Source of the DNA: a virus
Taxonomy: Duplodnaviria; Caudoviricetes
IMG/VR virus record: IMGVR_UViG_3300028797_000124
Location: 1 to 64,000 of that record
Length of the DNA stretch: 64,000 nucleotides
Strand: one strand, 5' to 3'
Shown one piece after another: positions 36,902 to 47,995 of the stretch. Position 1 is the first letter of the stretch; every line of letters begins with the position of its first letter. The notes under the pieces were generated by a model. That model was not told the DNA's origin and did not search any database. It saw nothing but the letters and a program-made list of their open reading frames with translations. A program made the position numbers and the translations under genes.

Positions 36902-39900
36902 ATGTCTGATGTTTATTTGTATAACAATGAAATGTGGAGGGTTAAGTACCATTTTCCATATACCGGTGAGATGCAACCATTTCGTCTAAATCCCGGAAGA
37001 TATCTTTGTATCTGCAAAGGTGCCAAAGGCGGTTCTTATCCATCCAGATATCAGAATCGTGGTGGATGTTCATACGGCATTCTGAATCTTGAATCACCTC
37101 TAAATGCTTACGCCGTTGTTGGTGGAGATGGTGGAGACTCACCAATGTCCACAACAGACTATGGCGAAGGTGGATACAATGGTGGTGGTCATGGTGGTAT
37201 GTCATGTAATCCGGGAACATACAGAAACGGTGCTGGTGGAGGTGGTGCTTCCGACATCCGTTTATCAAATGAAGGTGATCAAGAAGTCACAATACAGCAT
37301 CAAGTGCCAGACTGGTTTACTGAAGTTGAATATATTCGTTCTGACGGAACGCAGTACCTTAATACTGGTATTATGGGCTCAAGCGATCTTTCCTTTGAAA
37401 TGCGATTTACCCCACATGATAGGATTGGTGATACCGGTTATGGTACAATATTTGCTTCGAATTCAAATTCAAGCACATGGTTGAATAACAGCTATTATCT
37501 TACAACTTGGGGCAATAGTAGCTATATGCCAATATCCGGTGTTTTCGCATATGGTAATGCTGGTATAGCAGCTCACATGAGTCAAGATTCGGATACAAGG
37601 ATGTCTTTTGCTAATAACGTTCTGACTGTTAATGACAACGATTATTCCGTAACACCTAAGACTTTTTCAAGTGGATGCAATATATACCTGTTTGCTGCAA
37701 ACTACAATGGTACTGTAAAAGAAAAAAGTAAAGTTTCAATCAGGTATTTGAAGCTATCTGATTCAACAGGCTTGAAAAGATTCTTCGTTCCGTTTGTTAA
37801 TACTGGAACTGAAATAGATATTTCAAATGTTCAACTTTCACAAGGTACAATATATTCAGGAACAGGAACTCCCGGTGCAGACAATGACGATCCGTCACTT
37901 TATTCAATACGAGTTAGATCTCAAACATATATCCCGATAGATCCGGAGCATAAATATATCTCAGTATCTGGTACGGCTTCGACTACGCTGGAAATGCTTT
38001 ATATTTTTTACGGTTCCGAGCAACAATTTTTATCATACCATGATGGTTGGGTATCGAGTGGAAGTAAAATTGAAATACCATCACAGGCTCATTATTTCAG
38101 ATTTATAATCAGAAGAGCGAATGGAAATGCAATATCTGTGTTAGATATAACAAGCGTGGGTCTGAAGTATTATGAATCAACTGTTGCAAGTGGATTATAT
38201 GATCTTGTAAATGATAGGATTTATGAAAAAGGGACGGGTAACGATTTCACTGTTGGAAATCCCGTTCAGACAAAAACAACATACAATGAAACAAAGATCG
38301 TCAATATAGGATTGATGTCACGTATTATGGTTGCAGGCGGTGCCGGTGGCCAGGGAAATGCAAATTCATTAAATGAATATTCAGACTTCACCGGTTATGG
38401 TGGAGGAGTTAATGGCGGATATCCATGTGTTAAAAGTGGATTAAACCACAATGGATCGTACCCTACTCAGACATCAGGTTATGCGTTTGGACAGGGTGAG
38501 CCGGGTCTGGATAAAACCGCATCCACATCGCCCTCAAGTAACGGTGCAGAAGGTATCGCCGGTGCCGGTGGTGGTTGGTATGGTGGTTATGCTTCAAATA
38601 CCATATCACCGACCGAAACATATTCTTCCGGAAATGGTGGTGGTGGAAGTGGATATATTTTATCATCCACTTCCATTCGACCTGCTGGATATATGTATGG
38701 GTTGCCTGAACGAAATGATTTGGAATTCACCGATACTCTGATGACTTCAGGTCTTGCGAACGAAGCATGTGTAATCATATGTGAACCAACAACAGGTTAT
38801 CTCGGTGGAGAAAGACTCATTTGCGATTGTATTGGATACGGTACAAAATTCAAATTGTATGGTGGAAAATACAAGATTAAGTGTTCAGGTGGTCAAGGTG
38901 CACATCGTACGAAGTATTCTTATGCTCGTAAAGGAGGATATTCCGAAGGCACACTCACTTTACCCGACCAAATAGATGCATATGCATATGTTGGAGGTAG
39001 CGGACTGTTAGCGGCTTCGGATAAGAATGCTGCATTTGTACAGGCGACACACCCAACATTATGCTTCAACGGTGGTGGTAAACCATCGGGATATGGATCT
39101 TTAGCCACCAGTGGTGAAGCTGCCGGTGGTGGTACTGATCTTAGAATTGGTACCGATTCATTGTATGCAAGAGTAATAGTTGCCGGAGGTGCTGGCGGTT
39201 GTGGTAGATTCGATTGCTATGGAGGCGCTGGCGGTGGCCTTGAAGGAAACTACTACAGCTATGATTCTTATGGTTCGAACCCAGGCCCGGGTAAACAGTC
39301 ATCTGGTGGTGGCGGTTTTGGATACGGTGGAAATGGTGTCTCACAAAGCGGAGGCTACGGCGGTGCTGGCGGCGGTGGCTGGTACGGCGGTGGCGCAACC
39401 ACACCTGATGGTTCTGCCGATGATGATAAGGGTGGTTGTGGTGGCTCCGGTTATGTATTAACTGCGGACTCATACAAGCCTGACGGATATCTCCTTGATG
39501 AAACATATTACCTTGAAGATACTTTGCTCGTCACAGGCGGTCAGAACAGATTATATACTGCACCAATAACCGGCATAGTTATAGATGTCATAGAAGCTTC
39601 GACTTCGCCAATACTCGCACATGATAACGAGGGTTACAAATACTATGATGAAGAAAATCATACATGGACTTTCTTACAGAGTGAGGATATAACTGTTGCT
39701 GATTTTGAAACATACGGTTCGATTGGATTTAAAGACGATACAGGTCTTGGTGATCATTATGATCTATACTCTCTCGACACATACAATCTTTCAAATACAT
39801 TGAGATTGACAGTTCTTCCCCCTCCCGGAAAAGTGAAGTTTAGATATCATACACCGCACCTGATGTCAAGATTCAATGTTGACTCGGACGTCGATGAAAC

Positions 39901-41386
39901 TGCGGTTGATTTCGATGTTACTGCAAAGCGTCGTGGTGCTGCAGAAGACTCTTATATCTACTTTACATTCAACTATGATCTTCATGATATACCAACCAAG
40001 GATACCAGAGTATACTGTATTCAAGGTTTCACTCAGGGTGCTTCTTGGGAATATCACCCACCACATCCAGTGGTTCCAGTCGATCCTCCGGAACATAGAG
40101 ATCTCATGCCGGTTGGTAGTGCGATTAGAATGCCCGCAAGATTTAAGAACTATATTGGTTCATTTATCAACGGAAGTGAAGCTATCACAACAATCAATTC
40201 TGCGGTAGTATGCGAGCATAACCGTTGTATTTATTCTGCAACATTGTGCAATGATTCGGTTGTTAGATTTGCCAAATTGAATCTGGTATCGAACACTTCA
40301 TCCGTAATAAAAGATATTCCAAAGAGCCAACTCGGTAACACATATTATGGTGATATCAAGGTAGATGACAATTACATTTATCTTACATCATCTAACAACG
40401 ATAACTCATATGCATTATGGAGAACTCCAAACGGTCCAGATACAACAGTGAACACATACCAGGTTACCAATAGTGATATCTACAGGATTCAGGCCGTTGG
40501 TAAAATGGAGTGGTATGATGATCACACATTGATGCTCATGATGCGTAAAGGTCTTGCATTATTCAATACGCAATCCGCATCGTTCTCATACAGGATGTTT
40601 CCGGATGGTGGTCAAAACAATTCACGTCGAGATTGGGCTCTTGGTAAGTATCATATCATATCATTATATAACGGAACCTCTGATTCGGCATGGATAATAG
40701 ATCCAGAAACTGGCGCTTGTGAAAGTATGAAAGAAACGTATTTTCCATGGGCTGGAGAATATATGAACAATGTTTGTTATCATGATGGGAAATTCTACGT
40801 TGTTCAACGCAACAGATTACACATCGTTGATGATGAGACATTCACTCTTGAGCTCTCGATACCTACACCATTCACAACCATCGATCCAAAACAGATTGTG
40901 TATGGTAACGGCATACTCTACATCACCATTCAAGGACAAGCTTCACTCTATATGTATGATATAGAAGCGAATACTTTCTATGCTACGTCGTTGCCGTTTA
41001 AGATCGATAACTGGATGTCAAACGGTTGGATTAGGGCTTGTGCATTCAGAGGATATTGTTTCGTTCCTCAGATAAGACTATACACAATCAACTTCGTCGA
41101 TAGATCGAAGTACAATCTCGGTTATAAATATGACCAGTTTGTTGTTATAATGAATAAAGAGAATTCGGAAATCCCGGATAATCAATATGAATATGATGAT
41201 AAATATGTCACATTTACCGAAGACAATATGTGGTTGCACGAAGGCAACTTAAACTTCGAACTGGAAGAAGTTGATCCAACAAACCACATCAAAATGGCTT
41301 CTATTGATAAGGAGCTATATAACAAAATTATTTCTTCCAGTTTCGCATATGTTGAACCGGAAGAAGATGAAAGCGAGGGAACATAA
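36902..41386 (+). CDS. Gly-rich tail fibre/receptor-binding protein (two Gly-rich domains, lectin-like inserts, propeller-like C-terminus)
   Basis: Two copies of the pattern GAxGG..GGYNGGG..GGGGASDIR..RIMVAGGAGG..GGGGWYGG..GGGGSGY; LamG-like insert EVEYIRSDGTQYLNTG..IYLFA..GLYDLV. Confidence 0.75.
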   Translation: MSDVYLYNNEMWRVKYHFPYTGEMQPFRLNPGRYLCICKGAKGGSYPSRYQNRGGCSYGILNLESPLNAYAVVGGDGGDSPMSTTDYGEGGYNGGGHGGMSCNPGTYRNGAGGGGASDIRLSNEGDQEVTIQHQVPDWFTEVEYIRSDGTQYLNTGIMGSSDLSFEMRFTPHDRIGDTGYGTIFASNSNSSTWLNNSYYLTTWGNSSYMPISGVFAYGNAGIAAHMSQDSDTRMSFANNVLTVNDNDYSVTPKTFSSGCNIYLFAANYNGTVKEKSKVSIRYLKLSDSTGLKRFFVPFVNTGTEIDISNVQLSQGTIYSGTGTPGADNDDPSLYSIRVRSQTYIPIDPEHKYISVSGTASTTLEMLYIFYGSEQQFLSYHDGWVSSGSKIEIPSQAHYFRFIIRRANGNAISVLDITSVGLKYYESTVASGLYDLVNDRIYEKGTGNDFTVGNPVQTKTTYNETKIVNIGLMSRIMVAGGAGGQGNANSLNEYSDFTGYGGGVNGGYPCVKSGLNHNGSYPTQTSGYAFGQGEPGLDKTASTSPSSNGAEGIAGAGGGWYGGYASNTISPTETYSSGNGGGGSGYILSSTSIRPAGYMYGLPERNDLEFTDTLMTSGLANEACVIICEPTTGYLGGERLICDCIGYGTKFKLYGGKYKIKCSGGQGAHRTKYSYARKGGYSEGTLTLPDQIDAYAYVGGSGLLAASDKNAAFVQATHPTLCFNGGGKPSGYGSLATSGEAAGGGTDLRIGTDSLYARVIVAGGAGGCGRFDCYGGAGGGLEGNYYSYDSYGSNPGPGKQSSGGGGFGYGGNGVSQSGGYGGAGGGGWYGGGATTPDGSADDDKGGCGGSGYVLTADSYKPDGYLLDETYYLEDTLLVTGGQNRLYTAPITGIVIDVIEASTSPILAHDNEGYKYYDEENHTWTFLQSEDITVADFETYGSIGFKDDTGLGDHYDLYSLDTYNLSNTLRLTVLPPPGKVKFRYHTPHLMSRFNVDSDVDETAVDFDVTAKRRGAAEDSYIYFTFNYDLHDIPTKDTRVYCIQGFTQGASWEYHPPHPVVPVDPPEHRDLMPVGSAIRMPARFKNYIGSFINGSEAITTINSAVVCEHNRCIYSATLCNDSVVRFAKLNLVSNTSSVIKDIPKSQLGNTYYGDIKVDDNYIYLTSSNNDNSYALWRTPNGPDTTVNTYQVTNSDIYRIQAVGKMEWYDDHTLMLMMRKGLALFNTQSASFSYRMFPDGGQNNSRRDWALGKYHIISLYNGTSDSAWIIDPETGACESMKETYFPWAGEYMNNVCYHDGKFYVVQRNRLHIVDDETFTLELSIPTPFTTIDPKQIVYGNGILYITIQGQASLYMYDIEANTFYATSLPFKIDNWMSNGWIRACAFRGYCFVPQIRLYTINFVDRSKYNLGYKYDQFVVIMNKENSEIPDNQYEYDDKYVTFTEDNMWLHEGNLNFELEEVDPTNHIKMASIDKELYNKIISSSFAYVEPEEDESEGT

Positions 41387-44257
41387 TTGGAAAATATGGA
41401 TAGAGACAAGACATATGAACGAGCTGTCAAGTTCATGAATAACGTTGCCAAGAAACGCAACGGTGTTTCCAATGTATACGTGTTTACTTCGGTTGATAAA
41501 GAAGGAAATGTTGTTGACGAGAAATACAGTATGAACCTTATGACTCGCTCCGGATTCTCCGAAATATATGCAAGCGGCGTTGCATTCGGTGCAAGAGATG
41601 ATAACAACAATACTGTCAGACTCTATGTTGGAACCGGCGTTGGTGAAACTCCATATTCTGTAACAGATACGGATCTGGAAACGATCGCATTTAACGGACT
41701 TGCAGCAACATTCACAACTACCAGCGATGACTTCATAAAGATCGATGGTAAGAGTAAGTCATATAAATACCCGATGTATTTCGCAAAGGGTGAGCATGAT
41801 GGTGAGGGTTTCATAACCCTCATCTCACGTTTCCTTATAGCTTACTACGATTACAATATTTCCAACTTCCCCGGAGAGTATGACTTGAGCGAGTATGGTA
41901 TCAAGCATAACAACACACTTTGGACACATTCCAAGATATATGATATGCGCGGAAATCCCGCAACTATTAGAAAGACTTCTAATGAAAGATTGTACATAAC
42001 CGTGTACATGTGTCTTTCATTCTACGAAAGTGTCATTATGAACGGTTGGTCAAACAATCGTTTTACTATGATTACCCGCAATGATATGATGTATGACCGC
42101 ATGGCGTGGTCTGCTCGTGTCAAAGTATACAAACGTGGAAACCGTATTGTCGATATTACCGACGGTGGCACTTCACGTACACAGGATACGTCTCAGAACA
42201 ACGCATATACAAACTCAACCATCGCACCGAGAATCATTCTGCATGATAATAATGCTGATACGTATCATACCGATACAAAGATTTTCGACGGTGGATATAT
42301 CGATGGTTACACGTTGTCTGAAACAGGTTTTCTGTGCATGGAACCTCAGTTCCTTCCCGTTCCAGAAGATGTGGAATTGATAAACTATAAAAGCGGAAAT
42401 GCCACAATATATTCTGGATTTGCAGATAAGTTTGGAACAAATCCTTCCTCGGGATATTCCAAAGCACAGTATCCTCAAATGACACATTTTTATGATGCTA
42501 ATGCTTATGTGTTCGACTGGAAATCCGGTGACTGGACATGTAAACTTGATATATATAATCCTGACAACAAGTGGTATGATGAAACATCTATGTCCACAAA
42601 CTGTGCCGTTCCAATATACTATTCTAACAACGGCGAAATCCTTACGGGTTATGTCTACCAGAATCTCAGAACAGATGACAAGATTATTCAGATCACATCA
42701 GGTGCTTCTACAGTATATGCGACAAACAGATATTGGGCAACTGCTGAAGATCAGAACAACCAAGATCCTAACAAGGGTTGGGTTTGGATTCGTGACTACT
42801 CGAATATCCCGTTGGCTTGTCAGACTGCAAGATACTGGATTACTAATACTAACACAGATTCACTCTCATTCAAACGTGAGTCGGATTGTTTCCAGCTTCT
42901 TGAAAAGGGTACTGTCAGCAATGGTTATGCACAATATCCTCAATATGGTGATCTGACTTATATCAGACCGATATGTGACAACTATGCATATGGTTGGTAT
43001 AAGCGTGGTAACAGAGTTTACGTTCCGGATGCTCCAGCAAGACCAATCTACACTGTTGGTGGTGATACTGATGAGACAATGACATATGGAAAGTGGATGG
43101 TTGTATTCCCATCATCCAACAATACAATCATTACCGTAGATATGACTCAAGCCACATCTGGCATAGTGTCTCCTCAGAATGTTCCAACACCATTCACGGG
43201 AAATGTTAACTCATTATCTCAAACACACCGTACTGAGAGTGGCACTGGTTTGATTTGTATGGAATCGACCAATACTGAAGAGTGTGTCGTAATTGATATG
43301 AGGCAAGGAGGATTCTCTCAGGCTGTTCATTCATGGAAACATGCATGTTGTATTTGGGGAACTAACAAGGTTGCTTACATCAATGCCGGTGGCTCAGATC
43401 CAAATGTATACATATTCAATTATGATACAAACCAGATAGAAGGAAATCCAATTCCTTTCCCTGCCGGTTTGACCGATATTCCGCATCTGTTCGGACACAC
43501 AAATTTCTTGTGGATGACCGATGGTTCTACATTCGGTTACGTATGTGATCTCAGAACACCAACTATCAGAAACCTTGAAGGTTTTGCATATGCGGGATTG
43601 TATGGAACCGGTTTGAATACCGTCAAGTATACTTGTGTTGATGATGTATTTATCGTGTACAAATATGATGAGTGTGGAAACAACTCAATCAAACTCGCAC
43701 ATTACATCAAACTGTCCGATCCCACAAATCCAATCAACATGGATGATTTCTCAACACGTACAACTACAGACTATATCGGAGGAAGAATCATATTCGATCT
43801 CAGATATACGAATAGATACACAAATGCTCAAAGCTTGCCGTCAGGAGCGATTGTATTAACAATCATGCGCGGTTGGGATAACAACTCTTCATCTACTCCA
43901 GCGGGTTGTGAATGTAGAGTGATTGACTTTGGTCAATATTTGTGGACTCATGAAGTTAAGTACTATGAGCATGCATCAAACAGTAACTTCGGAAACTTGT
44001 GTCTGTACGGTGAGAATATCATCCACAGATACAACAAAAAGATCCCACTCATAAATTATCTTCCAATCAAGCTTACTGGTAAAACCGATACGATTAATGC
44101 GATGAAATACATTAAGAATATAACCAGCAAGTCTTGGTTGATCGGTTATACAAATACTCCTTCTTGGGGTGATGGAACTGCTTCTCCAAGCGGTAAGCCA
44201 CCGGGAACTCCTCTTGCTGTTACTGATGGAGACGGCACAATTACTGGATGGAGTTGA
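41387..44257 (+). CDS. Putative tail-associated/receptor-binding protein, paralog A
   Basis: Shares N-terminal NxY..D..GNxVD..N.MT..G and C-terminal L.G.T.T.N with 44823 and 48485; aromatic, beta-rich middle. Confidence 0.6.
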   Translation: MENMDRDKTYERAVKFMNNVAKKRNGVSNVYVFTSVDKEGNVVDEKYSMNLMTRSGFSEIYASGVAFGARDDNNNTVRLYVGTGVGETPYSVTDTDLETIAFNGLAATFTTTSDDFIKIDGKSKSYKYPMYFAKGEHDGEGFITLISRFLIAYYDYNISNFPGEYDLSEYGIKHNNTLWTHSKIYDMRGNPATIRKTSNERLYITVYMCLSFYESVIMNGWSNNRFTMITRNDMMYDRMAWSARVKVYKRGNRIVDITDGGTSRTQDTSQNNAYTNSTIAPRIILHDNNADTYHTDTKIFDGGYIDGYTLSETGFLCMEPQFLPVPEDVELINYKSGNATIYSGFADKFGTNPSSGYSKAQYPQMTHFYDANAYVFDWKSGDWTCKLDIYNPDNKWYDETSMSTNCAVPIYYSNNGEILTGYVYQNLRTDDKIIQITSGASTVYATNRYWATAEDQNNQDPNKGWVWIRDYSNIPLACQTARYWITNTNTDSLSFKRESDCFQLLEKGTVSNGYAQYPQYGDLTYIRPICDNYAYGWYKRGNRVYVPDAPARPIYTVGGDTDETMTYGKWMVVFPSSNNTIITVDMTQATSGIVSPQNVPTPFTGNVNSLSQTHRTESGTGLICMESTNTEECVVIDMRQGGFSQAVHSWKHACCIWGTNKVAYINAGGSDPNVYIFNYDTNQIEGNPIPFPAGLTDIPHLFGHTNFLWMTDGSTFGYVCDLRTPTIRNLEGFAYAGLYGTGLNTVKYTCVDDVFIVYKYDECGNNSIKLAHYIKLSDPTNPINMDDFSTRTTTDYIGGRIIFDLRYTNRYTNAQSLPSGAIVLTIMRGWDNNSSSTPAGCECRVIDFGQYLWTHEVKYYEHASNSNFGNLCLYGENIIHRYNKKIPLINYLPIKLTGKTDTINAMKYIKNITSKSWLIGYTNTPSWGDGTASPSGKPPGTPLAVTDGDGTITGWS

Positions 44258-44263
44258 TGACTC

Positions 44264-44334
44264 ATGGCAAATGTATTCAGATCGAAAGAAGTATATAAAA
44301 ACTTTAGATATGATATTGACAAAACCAAGAAAGT
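44264..44334 (+). repeat. 71-bp perfect direct repeat, copy 1
   Basis: Identical to 47925-47995. Confidence 0.95.
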
Positions 44335-44806
44335 TGTCCCCGTTCAGGGTGTATACATTGCGAGCGAATATCGCCCGCCTTACTATAACAATCCTACATT
44401 GCGGATATATGAAATATCTTCTGTGCATGCAACCGTTGTTAGCTTTCAGGATGTCACCGCAACCAACGGCGAAGATCCAATGTACAAGATTCTCGATTTC
44501 AAAGTTGAACGATTGATTCCAAACCTCATCAACTATACCACGGGTTCTGCGAACGCTGGTGAAGATACCATGTACAAAATTCTCGATTTCCAGGTAAACA
44601 GATTGATCCCGTCATGTGAATTTTATGAATCGAAATCTCAGAATGCTGGTGAGGATACCATGTACAAAATTCTCGATTTCCGGGTAACAAGACTCAATCC
44701 TGGAGAAACATATTTCTATAAAGCAAAAGGAAATTCGACACCGGAGCCAATGCTCCGGTTGTCGTCTATTACTTCAGAATCCGCATTGGTGGAAAATTAC
44801 ACATAA
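44264..44806 (+). CDS. 180-aa repeat protein, paralog 1
   Basis: Three 30-aa repeats (GEDxMYKILDFxVxRLxP); termini shared with 47925. Confidence 0.75.
   Translation: MANVFRSKEVYKNFRYDIDKTKKVVPVQGVYIASEYRPPYYNNPTLRIYEISSVHATVVSFQDVTATNGEDPMYKILDFKVERLIPNLINYTTGSANAGEDTMYKILDFQVNRLIPSCEFYESKSQNAGEDTMYKILDFRVTRLNPGETYFYKAKGNSTPEPMLRLSSITSESALVENYT
44471..44700 (+). repeat. 90-bp-period tandem repeat (3 units)
   Basis: GARGAT..ATGTACAARATTCTCGATTTC at 44471, 44561 and 44651. Confidence 0.9.
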
Positions 44807-44822
44807 GAAAGGAGTGTATGTA

Positions 44823-47800
44823 ATGAAATTGCATTTAGAGCCAGCTCATGCATCAGAACCATTTCCTCAAGTTCTTGAAGATTTCATAAAGAATAATCCC
44901 AATATGAAATGTGAGAATCTCTATCTTTGTGAAAGTATAGATGTCGATGGTAACGTTGTTGATACAAAGATCGGTGTTAACCTATTGACAAATTATGGTC
45001 TTAAAGATCATTTTGTGGATGGCAACTCCCGTTATAATAACATGTATATCTGGCTTGGTTCAGGACAAACAGAGCCGGATCCAACGTCGGCATCACTTAC
45101 AACATACATATCTTCCCTTGGACAAGGTTCAGGCTATGAATATTGGTCAAACACGTTTTATGAATATACTTTTGACCAAGAGACATTATTATGGTCTGTG
45201 AAGAATATAATATCCAAAAATTACTGGGATTACACTGCTGGCAGCAATGGTGAGTATGAGATTTGGGAATTGGGTTTAGGTGCGTCACAGACATCTCTTA
45301 GAACCCATGCACTAATATACGATGAACATGGTCAACAAACCTGCATCGTTAAAAGACCCAATACCCGCTTGTATATTACTGCATACTGGGTTGCATCTGT
45401 TTCAATGGCAGAGGTTCCTGAGATGTATAAAAATGGAAAATATTTATATATCGATCCACATATGGCTATGCCAAATTATGGATATAAAACTGTGTACTGG
45501 TCAAATTTGACACGTGGTAAGTTGTATAATAACGATGCAAATTATGAATGGAGTGGTTCAAGATGGTCTTGGAATACTCATTCATATACCAATCTCGTCA
45601 CGAATGATGCTCGTCAAGCGCACATGGAATTGGGTCCTTCTGATCACAGTGCTTTCTGGGAAGGTAATTTTCTTTATTCTTCGGGTTGGTTGATTGCAGA
45701 AAGCAGAGATTGGGGTAGTCGATATCAGACGGATTTGAAAGACTGTGGATATTATGCAATGATGACATACGATTTGCTTCCCGAACCAGAAGAGATGGAA
45801 TCATATTGGGCATACACTAATTATTCATTCACATATATTCTTTCTGATCCAACTGATTACACCAATGGCGTTAATACCAATCATTGGAGTTTTCTGAGAT
45901 TGGATGGCAATTTTGGTGGAACACAGGCATATCGTAGAACCAGCAATAATCCAACGTCATGGTCGAGCACTAATGCAACGTTCCCGTGCACAGATTTCCA
46001 TATTACTGAATTGACGATGTATAATCACACGACCAAAGAATGGGATATTCCCGTTCCGTATAAGGATGAACCCAACACGATATATTGTGATCATTGGATG
46101 CGTTTCTACCAGACGCTCTGGATCAAGTATAAGGGAAACAGCATAAACGTATATGTTTTCATTAACATGTTTCCACACGATAGTTCTGGAACGCCGATTC
46201 CAAAGATATTGAGTTTCAATAATTCGAACATGGTTCTCGCTGGAACCGATGAATATTGGGATCCATCAACATATGTTGAAATACCAAATCTCAACTCGGT
46301 GCCTGTTGAATTACAACAGAAAAGATACTACGTCGTTGTATCCGGAACCGTCGCCGAACTTGTACCTTCGATGTCGAGAGCAGATTGGTTCAAGCACGAG
46401 ATTCGTCCTGTTAATAGTCCTTTCGAATTGACGCATGAAACAACCGGCATAATTCCACGTATGTTAAAACATAATTCTTACACAAGTTTCAACTCCAATT
46501 ACGACGAAAGTTATAATGGTCAATATACGTATGGAAGTATCCCACTTGTATCAAATACTAAGAAGTTTTTCTGTATAAACTGGATGTTGGTTTTCTGTGA
46601 TGAGAACTGGAATGTCACACGATATAATCTCCTTTTGGAAGATAAATATCCAGGATGTAGATACAGAAGATATATGACAGCTGATTGCGACAGAATACTT
46701 TGGTTTGCCACAAGAACCCGTACAAATCTTGAAAATGAGACAAGTGGTTCAAATAACACTTCCTCATATGCTGTTGCAGCAAACTGTTTCTCGATATGGA
46801 CGATAGTAGACGAAAACACAACTCCAACAAGAGTTGATCTTGATCTTTCAACAATGTGGACAGATGCATCATTGGTTAATAACAATACATGTTATCATAG
46901 ATACTCTTGGAGTGATGTTGGATATCTTGTTGTCGCAAAGAGAAGAACTGAACCGGAATTCGTATATGTTGATATATATGGAACAGGCAATGGTCCTGAG
47001 ATGCATCTTGTAACTGATGCAAAACACGCCAGGGCAATAGAACACACTCAATTTTGTATATATCAGGACATGAATTTGACAGAGGGTTCGAAATATGTGT
47101 TTAACATATTTGATATGTCATCAGGTACGGTTGATGATACGATTACTATCGATGATGGAACCACATATACCATTGATGGCACGTATGGATATAACGAACA
47201 TGTGTATGTCCGTGTTAAATCTTCAGCCAATCTTGAATATACTTATTATTACAATCGCAACACACACTCACTGGAAAAAATTGCAGATGCATTCGATTTC
47301 ATGGTTACAGACAGAATATACTGGCATTCTACCACAACCATCTATGATGACTATTGTATACTGAATCAAAGTCATAATGGTGGTGGACATTCATATATTA
47401 TACATGGAAACGAATGGCATAGGATCTTCCCAAGTGATACAGTTAATAACGTATCATCATATCAAAAATGTTGGGCATGCCTCAATACGATAAATGATGG
47501 AAAACAGTTGTTGATGGGTCTGTCTGGACGTTCGAGTACATCCAATACTTCATATGTACTTGATCTTGGTTTACTGCTCGACTCATCATCTAAGACCGAA
47601 GACTATGTCCCATACGGACATTTTGGTTCCAAAGATTGTACCGAAGGTTATGATATTACAGGTCCTGTTATTCCATATAATGATGGCATAATTGTAATGT
47701 CGGGAGCTGAAAGAAATAAAACATATGGTTCCAACACTAAGCTCGGAAGAATATGGTGGTTCCCTCCGGAGATGTGTTTGCGTCTTCACATGAAAGGAAC

Positions 47801-47918
47801 AACTCGCACACTCAACTCATACAATGCTCCAATAAGATGGTATCTCACAAAGAAAGTCAAGTGGGATGTTACAAACGATTTATCGAGATTGCTTCCGCAG
47901 AATAACGTTGGGGAGTGA
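44823..47918 (+). CDS. Putative tail-associated/receptor-binding protein, paralog B
   Basis: Paralogous termini as above; start behind SD AAAGGAG. Confidence 0.6.
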   Translation: MKLHLEPAHASEPFPQVLEDFIKNNPNMKCENLYLCESIDVDGNVVDTKIGVNLLTNYGLKDHFVDGNSRYNNMYIWLGSGQTEPDPTSASLTTYISSLGQGSGYEYWSNTFYEYTFDQETLLWSVKNIISKNYWDYTAGSNGEYEIWELGLGASQTSLRTHALIYDEHGQQTCIVKRPNTRLYITAYWVASVSMAEVPEMYKNGKYLYIDPHMAMPNYGYKTVYWSNLTRGKLYNNDANYEWSGSRWSWNTHSYTNLVTNDARQAHMELGPSDHSAFWEGNFLYSSGWLIAESRDWGSRYQTDLKDCGYYAMMTYDLLPEPEEMESYWAYTNYSFTYILSDPTDYTNGVNTNHWSFLRLDGNFGGTQAYRRTSNNPTSWSSTNATFPCTDFHITELTMYNHTTKEWDIPVPYKDEPNTIYCDHWMRFYQTLWIKYKGNSINVYVFINMFPHDSSGTPIPKILSFNNSNMVLAGTDEYWDPSTYVEIPNLNSVPVELQQKRYYVVVSGTVAELVPSMSRADWFKHEIRPVNSPFELTHETTGIIPRMLKHNSYTSFNSNYDESYNGQYTYGSIPLVSNTKKFFCINWMLVFCDENWNVTRYNLLLEDKYPGCRYRRYMTADCDRILWFATRTRTNLENETSGSNNTSSYAVAANCFSIWTIVDENTTPTRVDLDLSTMWTDASLVNNNTCYHRYSWSDVGYLVVAKRRTEPEFVYVDIYGTGNGPEMHLVTDAKHARAIEHTQFCIYQDMNLTEGSKYVFNIFDMSSGTVDDTITIDDGTTYTIDGTYGYNEHVYVRVKSSANLEYTYYYNRNTHSLEKIADAFDFMVTDRIYWHSTTTIYDDYCILNQSHNGGGHSYIIHGNEWHRIFPSDTVNNVSSYQKCWACLNTINDGKQLLMGLSGRSSTSNTSYVLDLGLLLDSSSKTEDYVPYGHFGSKDCTEGYDITGPVIPYNDGIIVMSGAERNKTYGSNTKLGRIWWFPPEMCLRLHMKGTTRTLNSYNAPIRWYLTKKVKWDVTNDLSRLLPQNNVGE

Positions 47919-47924
47919 TGTTGA

Positions 47925-47995
47925 ATGGCAAATGTATTCAGATCGAAAGAAGTATATAAAAACTTTAGATATGATATTGACAAAACCAAGAAAGT
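47925..47995 (+). repeat. 71-bp perfect direct repeat, copy 2
   Basis: Identical to 44264-44334. Confidence 0.95.

Noticed and set aside
37100-39460. GGT/GGC-rich tracts as DNA repeats or collagen
   Set aside because: They encode polyglycine motifs of the Gly-rich domains, without Gly-X-Y periodicity.
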